DNA of 64,000 nucleotides from the NCBI RefSeq assembly GCF_022045235.1, contig NW_027266271.1, forward strand, positions 9,176,001 through 9,240,000, written 5' to 3'. How positions within the stretch are numbered: position 1 is the stretch's first letter; each line of letters begins with the position of its first letter. Both the position numbers and the translations under genes were made by a program. This DNA is from Haliotis cracherodii. Lineage: Eukaryota. This document shows, piece by piece, positions 49,561 to 60,994 of this stretch. Below the pieces are notes generated by a model, which saw only the letters and a list, made by a program, of their open reading frames with translations, made no database searches and was not told the origin of the DNA.

Positions 49561-50912
49561 TAACATGTTCTCTCTTACACCAAAACAGTGTGTTGAGAAT
49601 TGTATCGTACAGGGCAAAATACTACATCACATTTCACTCATAGTGATTATTTCAGCCTGTCACCAGTAACTTATGTATATGTGAGCAACCATGTGAATAA
49701 GGGATCTTTTGGGTGAAAAATCACATTTTGACTTTTCATTATATTTTCAAACTACAGTATCTTCGGAACACAAAAATACAAGCTTAAATTTTATTACAGA
49801 GATATGTGGCATCAGACATTTGGACTTGGATTTGGACATTTGGACTGGATGTAATAATTACAGTTTTTAGACATAATGTCTGATGAATTGAAAGTAGACA
49901 TGATTGCTGAAAGGTTTCGGAATAATGTTTTTATTACATTACGAATTAACGTGAGAAGGATACGATATTATTGTACAGTCAGCACACATGGCATTCTTCA
50001 CAGAAGTAGGCTGATGTCAAACACAATTGTGTCCTAGCACCTATAAGGTCCCTTTTCTCCTCTTTGGTCACATATGTAGTTTACTCCAACCAAGTCACTT
50101 TTTGAACTGTAGTTAAAGATTATTGCTATCAAAGAGTAACTACTGGTTTTAAGACAACCTTGGGCCACACTGAGATATGTGCATGTTAAACCAGTAGAAG
50201 TAGAGGTCGTAGTAGCAGTAGCCCACACCTGCTAAAAAGCGCTGCACTAATGGGTGTGCATTAGTCGACAGTCGACAGAGACGTGAAAAGCTGCGATAGC
50301 TGTAGAGTACCCCCGGACTGTCGATGCGGCCAGGCCGTCATCTAGTCACGACTGGAGTAACTCAAGCACGGCTACGAGATCTGCAGAAAAGGCATCTGCA
50401 ATCCCTCTATTGACACACCAGCGCGCTTAGCAGGCCCATCTATCCTCGTACTGAAAGTTTGTCTAATCCCCGAAGTCAGTATTGTGCCTGCAACTTGTGC
50501 AGGAATACCGCTCTTCTGAAGGCGATTCCTGACAGTGGCCAAGCCACCCGCTGAATCCTGGGATTCGGGTGGAGGGCCCCGTTCTGGGATAGGAGGTCCA
50601 GTTGTAAAGGTAAGAGAACAGGAGGCTGAGCCAGAAACCTGAGTATTACTGGAAACCAACTCTGCGCCAACCAAAGAGGTGCCAGGAGCACAAGTAGTCG
50701 CACAGGCTGAGTGGCTAGCTGAGACAGGACCTTGGAAATCGGAGGTACTGGGGGGGAATGCCCACAGAACTCTGTCCATCCAGTCTAGCTGGGAGGCAAT
50801 GTGATCGTTCAGAACGCCTCCCCAGCCGGAGAGTGACGCGTCTGTTTCAACTGTGAGAGACGGAACGGGAGTTTCAAGGGGGAACCCGCGGGACAGATTC
50901 CCGACCTCGGTC

Positions 50913-51160
50913 TGTACTGTTATCATACTGCATTATGCCACTAGCGGCTGTGATGGTGTATAACATATTAGAGTAATCTCCCTTGGCGACCTAGCCGTCG
51001 GGACCCCCTGTTTTACCGGATGTACCACCCGTGTATGTATGGCAATAAATACAAGATGGAACACAGAATGTCGTTCTCCATTATTTATTCGTCGGAGGCA
51101 GCAACAGCCTAGGGCTAGTTCAAGTGCTACAAATCATTCCCAAAGCGTGAGAATATTACA
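50913..51160 (+). repeat. 5' LTR (248 bp)
   Basis: TGTA...TACA ends, internal AATAAA, duplicated at 55535. Confidence 0.97.
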
Positions 51161-51173
51161 TGGTGTCAGAGTC

Positions 51174-54100
51174 ATGGATCTTTCCGGAATCCCCACCCCA
51201 TCTATGGACTGGGAAGCATCAAACCTGCCTGATGCGTGGCGGCGTTTTAAACAGCACGTGCAACTGATATTCGACGGACCGTTGGCGGAAAAGTCGGAAG
51301 AATCGAAGTGCTCATACCTCCTACTTTGGGTGGGAGAAAAAGGTAGAGATGTTTACAATACATGGACAGGCATTTCTGATGATGACAAAAAGTTACTTCA
51401 AACTTACTACACTCGCTACGCAGCATACGTCCAGCCAAAGTTGAATCCTGTTTTCGCAAGGTACAAATTCAATAACGAAGTTCAGGGGTCATCTCACTTT
51501 GATCAGTTTGTGACTAGATTAAAGCTGCTAGCTACAGATTGTGCATTTAATACATCTGATGAAATGGTGAGGGACCGCATAGTGTTCGGCACATCATCTA
51601 CTAAACTTCGTGCAAAATTGATAAATGAAGGGGAGAAATTGACACTCGAGAAAGCAATTCAAATGGGACAAAGTTTGGAATACTCTCAGGAACAGTTGAA
51701 AACAATGGCCAACCCTGAGGTACATACAGTTTCAGCCAGTGATAATTCCCATCGACACAAAAAGTATCATTACTCCCGACAGAAATCACAACCTGTAAAA
51801 CCCGACAACACACCAAATAGAAGATCATCAAACAGTGATGACAAAACACATAGTCAGTGTAGAAACTGTGGTAGATCACATTCTAAGCGTGAACCGTGTC
51901 CTGCCAAAGGTAGAAAATGTGACAATTGTGGAAAGTGGAATCATTTCAAGATTGTGTGTCGCTCAGTGAAAGTCAATGAGGTTGTGACAGATGAACACTT
52001 TGATTCAGGGGACTCAGACTTTCTCATAGACTTAATTGATAGCGTGGATACATCTAGTGATGTTGACAGTGTCCACTCCAAAACTGAGGATACTAACCAG
52101 GCTTTTGTTACTGTGAAGGTAGGAATTAAGGGCATACCAGTGGAATTCAAATTAGATACAGGGTCTCAGGTAAATATCATACCAGCTGGATTATTCCCCA
52201 AAATTGGCACTACAACTGTACTCAGTAAACCGCCCAAACAGTTGATGGCGTATGGCGGTACACATCTTCAAACTCACAGTACATGTAGCTTACCTTGTCA
52301 GATTGATGATCGTGAATTCACAGCTGAGTATTACGTTGTAGAGACGGAATCAAACCCTGTACTCAGTCTCAAAACATGCCTTGAATTGGAGCTTATCCAA
52401 CTTACCTGTGCGGTTGATACTTGTGGGTCGAGTGAGAAATCTGGAAAACCTCTTGAGAAGAGCATCATTCTTGCAGAATATGCCGATGTGTTTGAGGGCA
52501 TTGGGCTCTTTCCAGGTGAATGTACGATACACATCGATCCGAGTGCTATCCCTGTAGTTCACCCACCACGAAAAGTTCCAGTCGCACTTCGTGAGAGACT
52601 CAAAGACGAACTTGATCGAATGGAAAAGTCAAACATTATCACAAAGGTTGATGAACCAACTGAATGGGTCAACTCTTTAGTAATCGTTGAAAAGCCACAC
52701 TCAAAGAAACTGCGCATATGCTTGGATCCATTGGACCTGAATCGTGCTATACAGCGTCCACACTACCCAATGAAAACACTTGAAGACATCCTTCCAAGCC
52801 TCTCTAAGGCTCGTTATTTCACTAAACTCGATGCTCGATCTGGATATTGGGCCATCAGACTGGCTGAGGAATCTTCATTTCTTACAACGTTCAACACCCC
52901 GAATGGACGTTACAGATTTCTTAGACTACCCTTTGGGATACGTTCAGCACAAGATGAATTTCAGCGAAGGATTGATGAGTGCTATGAGGGACTAGATGGC
53001 GTTGCAGCCATAGTTGATGACGTTCTGGTGTATGGAAGTACTCCCAAGGAGCATGATCACAACCTGCGGAACATGCTTTCCCGCTCCCGTGACAAAGGTA
53101 TTAAGCTTAACGAAGAGAAGCTTGAAGTTGGTGTCACAGAGATCCAATACTTTGGACACATCTTGAGTGCTGAAGGCCTCAGACCGGACCCAGCTAAGGT
53201 CTCTGCTATATGTTCAATGAATCCACCACATGACCGCTCTGAATTGGAAACAATTCTTGGAATGGTGAATTATTTAGCCAAATTTGCTCCTAATCTGTCC
53301 GAGATCACCAGCCCTCTGCGACAGCTCCTTCCCAAAGACGTTGAGTTTGTGTGGGATCATCCTCAGTCCACAGCGTTTCAGAGAATCAAGGATATCATCA
53401 CACAGACACCTGGGCAAGTTCTTGCCTACTATGACCCAGACAAGGATCTAACACTCCAAGTTGATGCATCCAAGTATGGTCTTGGTGCCGCTCTCTTACA
53501 GGATGGGAAGCCTGTCACTTATGCATCTAAGTCACTGACCACCACGGAGGTCAATTATGCACAGATCGAAAAGGAAATGTTTGCTATCCTGTTCGGCTGT
53601 AAGCGTTTCCACCAGTATGTTTATGGTCGGCATGTGAAAGTCGAGTCCGATCATAAACCTCTCATCTCTATCATGAAGAAGCCTCTTGCTGTCGCCCCTG
53701 CTCGGTTACAGCGTATGATGTTGCAGCTACAAAAGTATGACCTCACAGTTGAACACAGACCTGGGAAGGAAATAGTAGTAGCTGATACACTTTCACGCAA
53801 GTCAGTGCCTGATACCTACCCGCACCTTTCAGAAGGTATGGACGCGCATGTCCATATGATAGTATCAAATGTTCCTGTCAGTGATAAGAGGACGGAGGAT
53901 ATTAGACGAGCCACAGAAGCTGACCCTCAGTTCTCCTTGCTCCAACAAACTATCATAGATGGTTGGCCTGAACATAGGAAGCTATGCCCAGGGACAATAC
54001 TTGAATTCTGGAACTTCAGGGACCAACTTGCCTTCATGGATGGCATCATATTCAAGGGCCAGAAAATTGTAATACCCAAGTCACTGAGGACAAGTATGCT

Positions 54101-55247
54101 TGACAAAATTCACACTGGTCACATGGGAGTTGAAAAGTGTCTCCGACGTGCTCGTGACATTTTGTTTTGGCCCAAAATGTCGAATGATATCACAAGTCTT
54201 GTACTCAACTGTTCTGTGTGCCTAGAGAGAAGAAACTCTAACCCCAAGGAACCCCTCATATCACATGACATTCCCAGTCGTCCTTGGCAGACCGTGGCCA
54301 CAGACCTCTTCTTATGGGACACCCATGATTTTGTGGTCGTTGTCGACTATTATAGCAGGTACTTTGAAGTTTGCAAATTACCCAGCACCAAAAGTACCAC
54401 TGTTATCAATGCTCTCAAAGATGTATTTGCGAGACATGGGATACCGAATGAGGTGATATCTGACAATGGCCCCCAGTACTCCTCACAAGACTTTGCTCAG
54501 TTTGCAGAAAAATGGGACTTTGTGCATGAGACATCGAGCCCTCATTACCCACAGTCAAATGGTCTTGCCGAGAAAACTGTCCAAACAATCAAGCACATTT
54601 TTTCCAAGGCAAAGACAGATGGCAGAGATCCACACATTGGTATTCTAGAGTACCGTACTACCCCAATGGAGGCAAATCTATCACCCTCTCAGCTACTCAT
54701 GGGTCGACGATTACGATCCACATTACCTTGTACCCAACATCAACTTTTGCCTGGATCTGTTGATCATCCTCAGTACCAGAAAGTACTACAAGCAAGTCGG
54801 AGGAAACAAAAGCACTACTACGATACTGCTGCCAAGCCCCTGTTGCCCCTTAAAACAGGAGAAGCAATTCGTATACGACAACACAGTAACTTGTGGACAC
54901 CTGCAGTAGTCACAAAGCAGCACAATTCCAGGTCTTACACTGTTCGCACTGGCGATGGAGCGGAATATCGTCGCAACCGACGTCACCTACTAAAGACACG
55001 TGAAAAGCATGACATACCTGAAATGAACATTGATGTCACAAGTAGTGAGTTACCACGTGTTCCACAGACTGACAGAGCCGTTACCTGTACTCGTGATACA
55101 GCTGAGGTCAAACCCTCTGATGACCCTGTAACATCACAAATCCCATCACGAACACACAGTCCCCAGAAAGTTATTGACAATGCCAACAATCATTATATCA
55201 CTCGTTCGGGTCGGGTTGTCAAACCCAAGGTTATTGCCTCAGTGTAG
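51174..55247 (+). CDS. Gypsy single gag-pol polyprotein (gag CCHC, protease, RT, RNase H, integrase)
   Basis: Uninterrupted ORF. Cx2Cx3Hx5C/Cx2Cx4Hx4C knuckles, FKLDTGS protease, IVDD RT, VDASKYG RNase H, HHCC + DDE integrase (ATDLF, ISDNGPQY, SNGLAEKTV), terminal TRSGR. The frame is also open from ATG 51039 inside the LTR. Confidence 0.95.
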   Translation: MDLSGIPTPSMDWEASNLPDAWRRFKQHVQLIFDGPLAEKSEESKCSYLLLWVGEKGRDVYNTWTGISDDDKKLLQTYYTRYAAYVQPKLNPVFARYKFNNEVQGSSHFDQFVTRLKLLATDCAFNTSDEMVRDRIVFGTSSTKLRAKLINEGEKLTLEKAIQMGQSLEYSQEQLKTMANPEVHTVSASDNSHRHKKYHYSRQKSQPVKPDNTPNRRSSNSDDKTHSQCRNCGRSHSKREPCPAKGRKCDNCGKWNHFKIVCRSVKVNEVVTDEHFDSGDSDFLIDLIDSVDTSSDVDSVHSKTEDTNQAFVTVKVGIKGIPVEFKLDTGSQVNIIPAGLFPKIGTTTVLSKPPKQLMAYGGTHLQTHSTCSLPCQIDDREFTAEYYVVETESNPVLSLKTCLELELIQLTCAVDTCGSSEKSGKPLEKSIILAEYADVFEGIGLFPGECTIHIDPSAIPVVHPPRKVPVALRERLKDELDRMEKSNIITKVDEPTEWVNSLVIVEKPHSKKLRICLDPLDLNRAIQRPHYPMKTLEDILPSLSKARYFTKLDARSGYWAIRLAEESSFLTTFNTPNGRYRFLRLPFGIRSAQDEFQRRIDECYEGLDGVAAIVDDVLVYGSTPKEHDHNLRNMLSRSRDKGIKLNEEKLEVGVTEIQYFGHILSAEGLRPDPAKVSAICSMNPPHDRSELETILGMVNYLAKFAPNLSEITSPLRQLLPKDVEFVWDHPQSTAFQRIKDIITQTPGQVLAYYDPDKDLTLQVDASKYGLGAALLQDGKPVTYASKSLTTTEVNYAQIEKEMFAILFGCKRFHQYVYGRHVKVESDHKPLISIMKKPLAVAPARLQRMMLQLQKYDLTVEHRPGKEIVVADTLSRKSVPDTYPHLSEGMDAHVHMIVSNVPVSDKRTEDIRRATEADPQFSLLQQTIIDGWPEHRKLCPGTILEFWNFRDQLAFMDGIIFKGQKIVIPKSLRTSMLDKIHTGHMGVEKCLRRARDILFWPKMSNDITSLVLNCSVCLERRNSNPKEPLISHDIPSRPWQTVATDLFLWDTHDFVVVVDYYSRYFEVCKLPSTKSTTVINALKDVFARHGIPNEVISDNGPQYSSQDFAQFAEKWDFVHETSSPHYPQSNGLAEKTVQTIKHIFSKAKTDGRDPHIGILEYRTTPMEANLSPSQLLMGRRLRSTLPCTQHQLLPGSVDHPQYQKVLQASRRKQKHYYDTAAKPLLPLKTGEAIRIRQHSNLWTPAVVTKQHNSRSYTVRTGDGAEYRRNRRHLLKTREKHDIPEMNIDVTSSELPRVPQTDRAVTCTRDTAEVKPSDDPVTSQIPSRTHSPQKVIDNANNHYITRSGRVVKPKVIASV

Positions 55248-55534
55248 TTTTTACCAGTTTTAGCTCAAGATGTTTGTAAGACTTTACAACAGTCAAACAC
55301 AGTTAGTTTGTATCAGTGTCATTCTGATAGGCTATGCAGGCCACTTCACAATATTAGTTACAATTTACAGTCAAGAATTGACAAGTTATTAGTTGTAATT
55401 CAAGTTTGCAGTGTTGAGCATCACTGAAGTAATTGAATATTATCAATATCATGTGTCTACTCTTTGTAGTCGTTTTCTGTGCTCTGTAGTTCAGTTACTG
55501 TTACTGTGTCCAATTTTTTTTATAAGAAAAGGGA

Positions 55535-55782
55535 TGTACTGTTATCATACTGCATTATGCCACTAGCGGCTGTGATGGTGTATAACATATTAGAGTAATC
55601 TCCCTTGGCGACCTAGCCGTCGGGACCCCCTGTTTTACCGGATGTACCACCCGTGTATGTATGGCAATAAATACAAGATGGAACACAGAATGTCGTTCTC
55701 CATTATTTATTCGTCGGAGGCAGCAACAGCCTAGGGCTAGTTCAAGTGCTACAAATCATTCCCAAAGCGTGAGAATATTACA
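55535..55782 (+). repeat. 3' LTR (248 bp)
   Basis: Identical to the 5' LTR by eye. Confidence 0.97.
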
Positions 55783-58700
55783 CGGTCCACCACTGAAGGT
55801 GTGTAATGAGCCACTACGGAGTCTCGAGCAGAGTCTCAAGATCTTCCGAGTTTGCTCAAACTCGAGGGAGTGCTTGTTGAATGGGTCTCATTCTCAAGTG
55901 CACCCGCCAAACCACATCCACTGTCGCCGCCATGTTGCCCAGTAACTGGTGCCATGTAGGAGCAGTGTGTCTTGCGGACAGAAGGAACTGGGAAGTAACA
56001 CTTTTGACCTTGGCAATGCGATCTTGTGACAGACATACAAGTCTGCTCACTGTGTTGAAATTCGCCTCTAGGAAGACTAGATTCTGAGTAGGGCTCAGAT
56101 CTGACTTCTTGAGATTGACTATCCACCCTCGAGTGATCAGAATGTCTATCACTTCTTGTGTAGCTATCTGACTGAGGGATTGCGATATAGCTCTTAGTAA
56201 CCAGTCGTTGAGGTACGGACTGCAGAACCAACCTTTCGACCTGGCCACTTGGGCAGGAATCAACATCAGCTTGGTGAACACCCTCGGGGCCGTGGAGATC
56301 CCGAATGGTAGAACCCTGAACTGATAACACCCCCTGTCGAAAGAAAACCTCAGGTATTTCTTGAACTCGGGTGTATGGGTACGTGGAGATAGGCGTCTTT
56401 TAGGTCTATTGACGTTAGCCATTCTCCTGTCTCAACAGCTGAGATAACTGAGTACAGACGATACCTCTATAAGTTTGTTCAGCCTTCTCAGATTGAGAAT
56501 AGGCCTGAACCCTCCGGTTTTTGGTGACTAGGAAGTATGTCGAGGAGAAGCCCTCACTTTCCTGTCCCTTGGGAACTGGTTCGATTGCAGCTTTCATAAG
56601 AAGTGCGTCAACCTCAGCACGGAGGAATTCCGCCTTCTCTCGAGTAGCAGGCACTGTAGTGTGCTTTATCCCAGAGAAGGGGCGCGGATGATGTTTCCAC
56701 CGAGGCAAATGGCCATCCCTTAGAGTGGACAGGGTCCAGGAATTGGATGTAACTTCAGGAATAGAGCCAGTCGGCCGCCTACGGGGACATCTGGCTTGAG
56801 GCAGTGGACCCCGGCTGTCGGCAGTTCGAGAACTTGCAACTGTGGGTCCACCCGGGACTCTCCGGGCGCTAATGGGAACCCGATAGGTTCCCGGCCCTGC
56901 GAAAAGGCTGCTGGCCTCAACCAGCTGCCTTGCCCCAGCCCCTGCCTCTCTTGCTCCTCCCGGTGCCATTACTTGAAGGAAGCGGCTGTGTGGACTTCTG
57001 ACCCGGCGCGTCAGCGTAGGAGGAGTCAAGTGTAGAGGTCCGCTTACACGGCTTAGCGCTGGGTACCTCCAACAAGACCTTAGAGTCCTTGATGGTAGCA
57101 ACTGAGTGGCCTCTCGGACCACCTGCTGAGCCCCAGGGAAGAGGGTGGCACCCATCTTATAAGGCAAAGCAAGGAGGTCCTGGCGTGTGGAAGTCGAGTA
57201 TTTAGATACCGACATCCACAGCCTACGCATACCCATAACAGCACACATCATCTGCAAGGCACAGCTATGAATGGCGTCCCGCACAAGATGACTGAACTTC
57301 CGTTAGTTGCGCGGCCCACTCCGAAGAGTCAGCCGGCCCCTCCCCCGCTAACTCCCTCTGTACAGCCGACAGATAAGCGGAGTGTACGGACACACGGAGC
57401 TGTTGGCATGCATTACGATATTGCTCCTCAAAGCATATGTAAGCAGCCTTCAACTCTGCACCGCACGCGAGAAAGGGGGGCAACCGCCGGCCCTGCTTGA
57501 CCTTATTCAAGTTGGGGGTCAAACGCATTCATCGACCACTGGTACCCCAAAGTCACTATCCTCTGCTAACGGGTACCGCTTAATAAGTTCGGGCAGGTTG
57601 AACTTCCTGCAGGCACCCGACAACAGAGGGTTGATAACTTCATGCACCAGGGAGGATAGAACACCTGGGGCGCCTTGCTAGGAGCAAAAGCATCCCCCGG
57701 AAGGCGGCACTCAGTCGGATCCGACTCGGGCATGGGCACAGCCACCTAAGGCAGTACCTGGACAATTCTGTCTCATACGTGCCTCAACGAGGATCGTCCC
57801 CGAGACCAAGTGGCCTGCCTCGGCCGACACCGGGCATAACATCAGGTCTCGAAGCCGCGTCCGGCGCCGACAACGGGGAAGGTTCAGCCCGTACCTCCTG
57901 CCGGAGCTGAGACTTCACCTCCTCCATCATCAACGCCATCTGCGACTTAAGTAATGCAGAAATGTCTGCCAAAGACGGTGCAGGAGAGGGTGCAGTGCTT
58001 ACAACGGGGACCCTCGAGCCTTCTCCCCCCGGCCCTCGGAGAGGGATCGTAGGAGACAGTCTCTGCATTCCTTACTTTTGTACCTTTTTTAGATGAGGGG
58101 GATGGTCTTAACAGATCTGATATCTACCCCTGCCTTTAAGAGACCTTTAAGACAGCGTTTGTTGTGCCGGTCTTGGGGAGGGATGTTTGCTGAGCAACTC
58201 TGTAAAAAAGACCGTAATTTCTGAGTTGGGCGGGAAGGGAATTGATGTGTATCAGTGCGATATAAAGATCGGAAAGACACATGCAAAATTGTGAAACCAG
58301 AAGCACTGTTTTTTTAAGGCGTAATGTAGAATGCGATTTGTAACGCGATACTAATAGCCAATGTCTTAGTATAATTATAACACCAAAGGGGCGTGTAACA
58401 CGCTAAGGTGTAAAACCTGTAAAAAGAGGTAAGTGTAGTTATAAATTAACACACCACCTTGGGTTTATGTAAAGGAAAAAACTGTAGTCCAATGCTGTAT
58501 GATATAACAAAACCCCAAGCTGTTTCTAATGGCCTTGATGTTACATGTATCAGACTGTGGAACTACAATATGGACACCATTATGGCCAATTGAATTCAAA
58601 TGTACCGTGCACGTGGTGTATAATTACAACTCTATAACTTTACAATGCGAGGTATTATGCCTTTGCAATGCAAGAAATGTACCATACATAGAGTTTGGTC

Positions 58701-59884
58701 AGCCATGGTTCTTGTCGAATGATTAGATTTCTCTTATTTGTCATGTAGAAAAACAGCACGTCTGTCTCATACAGATGACAAGGAAAGAGATTTGAGTTAC
58801 CCCCCCTGGCGTGAGACGCCGTGGAGGGTGAGGCCCCGTGAGGGTGGTCGTATATCATACAAAAACAAAGTTTTTGTGTGGTAACATTTTTTATCAAGGA
58901 AAATGGTTACAACTATGTCATGTAGATTTTCTTGAGCAAGGAAAATGCAATAGGTGCCCCAAGGAGGATTTCATCTGAAAGAGAATCCAGTACCTAGATG
59001 TCAATACAGTTTGACAAACTAAATACTGTACTTATTGCATCTTCAAAAAAACAACACACCTTTTTTTCCCCCACTGAATGAATAACGTATTGATCAATGA
59101 CCTATTAACATTAGAAAGTTTGAATTTCCGCTTGACTAGGACTGCACAGTATTACGCTTTACCAATGACACTGTTGCAATATTCTTTCTGTGTTCTGGTG
59201 TATACGGATAAAAATATATACCGATTACAAGTTTAGTTATTATTTGTATCCGATAACCTAAAATCTGCACAGAAACTAGGGGTGAAACAAAACCAGTGGA
59301 GACCTACAGATAAGCAGCGTATTTGCTTAAAATACCCCCAAATATATTAAAAACCCAATTACTTTCAATTAACTTGCATACAGAAAAGCATGCGTTAAAT
59401 GAAAAACTCAAATGTATAAAATCAGCAAGGGTAAATACCCAATGAAGCTTTTTCAGCATGCGTACAAAGGAGCTAATTTCTGAAACACAATTATCAATGA
59501 TTATGAGCTAATATGAAGCCTATATATTTGGAACTGCTATGTATGTCTTTAACATTATTCCATTTTTTTTTTAAATCTTAAAATGTTCACAAATTTTGTG
59601 AGTGTGAGTGAATAATAGATGAGTAAAAAAATATTGGTTACCCAATGAAAAATGTAATTAAAATCGAAACCCTAGAGTAAAAACTCAATTGCTCAAAAAG
59701 TTATCTGGAGCTCTGTCAGTGCATCGTAAGTTTTCATGTGATGATACGATACACATTTTTTTATGTATTGATGCAAGACGTTACACTTGTTGAAGTTAAC
59801 TCACTACTCATTTAATTATCCCTGGCAATTTTGTCAGTCAGATATAGCAAAATGTGTTGTAATTAGTGTTTCAAGTTCACTATC

Positions 59885-60710
59885 AAAAACAGCCGCTATG
59901 AACATGTGTCTACAGACAGTCGCTTACATGTATTTCAAACACTGAGAATGGTATGTGCCAAGACAACCATTTTTGAAGATTGATTAGTAAGCATGGTATA
60001 GAGACAACATAGCTGGGATCACATAAACAAAATTTCAGCTTTATGATCCTGAATATCACAAATGCAGTAAAACTACTAAAAACAGCCGCTATGATTGCGT
60101 GAGTGAGTATGGTTTTACGTCGCTTTTAGCAATATTCCAACAATATCACAGTGGGGTACACCTGAAATGGGCTTCACACATTGTACCCATGTCAGGAATC
60201 GAACCCAGGTCTTTGGCGTGACGTGCGAATGCTTTAACCACTTGGCTACCCGACCGCTCCAGAGCCGCTATGAACATGTGTCTACAGACAGACGCTTACA
60301 TGTATTTCAAACACTGAGAATGGTATGTGCCAAGACAACCATTTTTGAAGATTGATCAGTAGGCATGGTATAGAGACAACATAGCTGGGATCACATAAAC
60401 AAAATTTCAGCTTTATGATCCTGAATATCAAAAATGCAGTAAAACTACCAAAAACAGCCGCTATGAACATGTGTCTACAGACAGTCGCTTACATGTATTT
60501 CTAACACTGAGAATGGTATGTGCCAAGACAACCATTTTTAAAGATGGATCAGTAGGCATGGTATAGAAACAAAATGTCAGCTTTATGATCCTGAATATCA
60601 AAAGTGCAGGCCAAATGAAGTAGCTGGGTCAATAATAAAAATATACTCCAAACTGTACCATGTGTATATGTTATTCTACATACCACATACAGAAAACCGA
60701 AGGGGATAAT
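59885..60710 (+). repeat. 193-bp tandem array (about 2.8 units), probably HINE-like, ending in ccgaaggggata
   Basis: agccgctatg recurs at 59891, 60084/60263 and 60456 (period 193 after removing the SINE). Confidence 0.85.
60095..60262 (-). mobile_element. SINE family B inserted in the 193-bp array
   Basis: 11-bp TSD agccgctatga at 60084-60094 and 60263-60273. Confidence 0.92.
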
Positions 60711-60957
60711 GATACATGGAGAAATGGCCGGGTATTGGGCAAAAAATGAAACTTATAATATTATTGCCATGGCAACCATGTTGTATCAGAATTATCTGAA
60801 TCCATGTAAATCCATGAACTATATAGAATTTGCTCCTCAAGCAAAAGACACATATTTCCTTCTCCACGTCCCTTCCATAAATTGGAATAATGCTTAATGC
60901 AGCATAAAACCACTGTCACGCCTTACTGGTGGGACTATCAGTGCGTACTAAAATTAC

Positions 60958-60994
60958 CTTCATTTTGAAGATGATGATGATGCCCAGATGCCAT
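60958..60994 (-). CDS. Gene B probable first coding exon (MASGHHHHLQNE)
   Basis: Exon 61051-60958 with ttttatttcAG acceptor and GAAG|GTAATT donor. It ends in phase 1 as the next exon requires. The link across the 15.5-kb intron is inferred. Confidence 0.55.

Larger units (their letters stand above)
50913..55782 (+). mobile_element. Full-length Gypsy (Mag-clade-like) LTR retrotransposon
   Basis: TG...CA LTRs 50913-51160 and 55535-55782, identical by eye. 5-bp TSD CGGTC (50908-50912, 55783-55787). PBS tggtgtcaga at 51161. PPT aagaaaaggga 55524-55534. Confidence 0.97.
50230..58905 (-). mobile_element. DIRS1-like element (DIRS-e), 3'-truncated in YR and interrupted by Gypsy
   Basis: gag zinc-knuckle-like CSANIPPQDRHNKRC (about 58190). 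RT YQFRVLPFGISTAPRVFTK/PYLNDWLL (55856-56422). RNase H ETDASLSGWGG, MT LWAFPP, YR N-terminus GLAASTVRGYSTAIAAFH (about 50340-50280). Confidence 0.85.

Noticed and set aside
55661-55945. 94-aa ORF identical to the start of the 1402-aa ORF
   Set aside because: It is just the 3' LTR copy running into antisense DIRS sequence.
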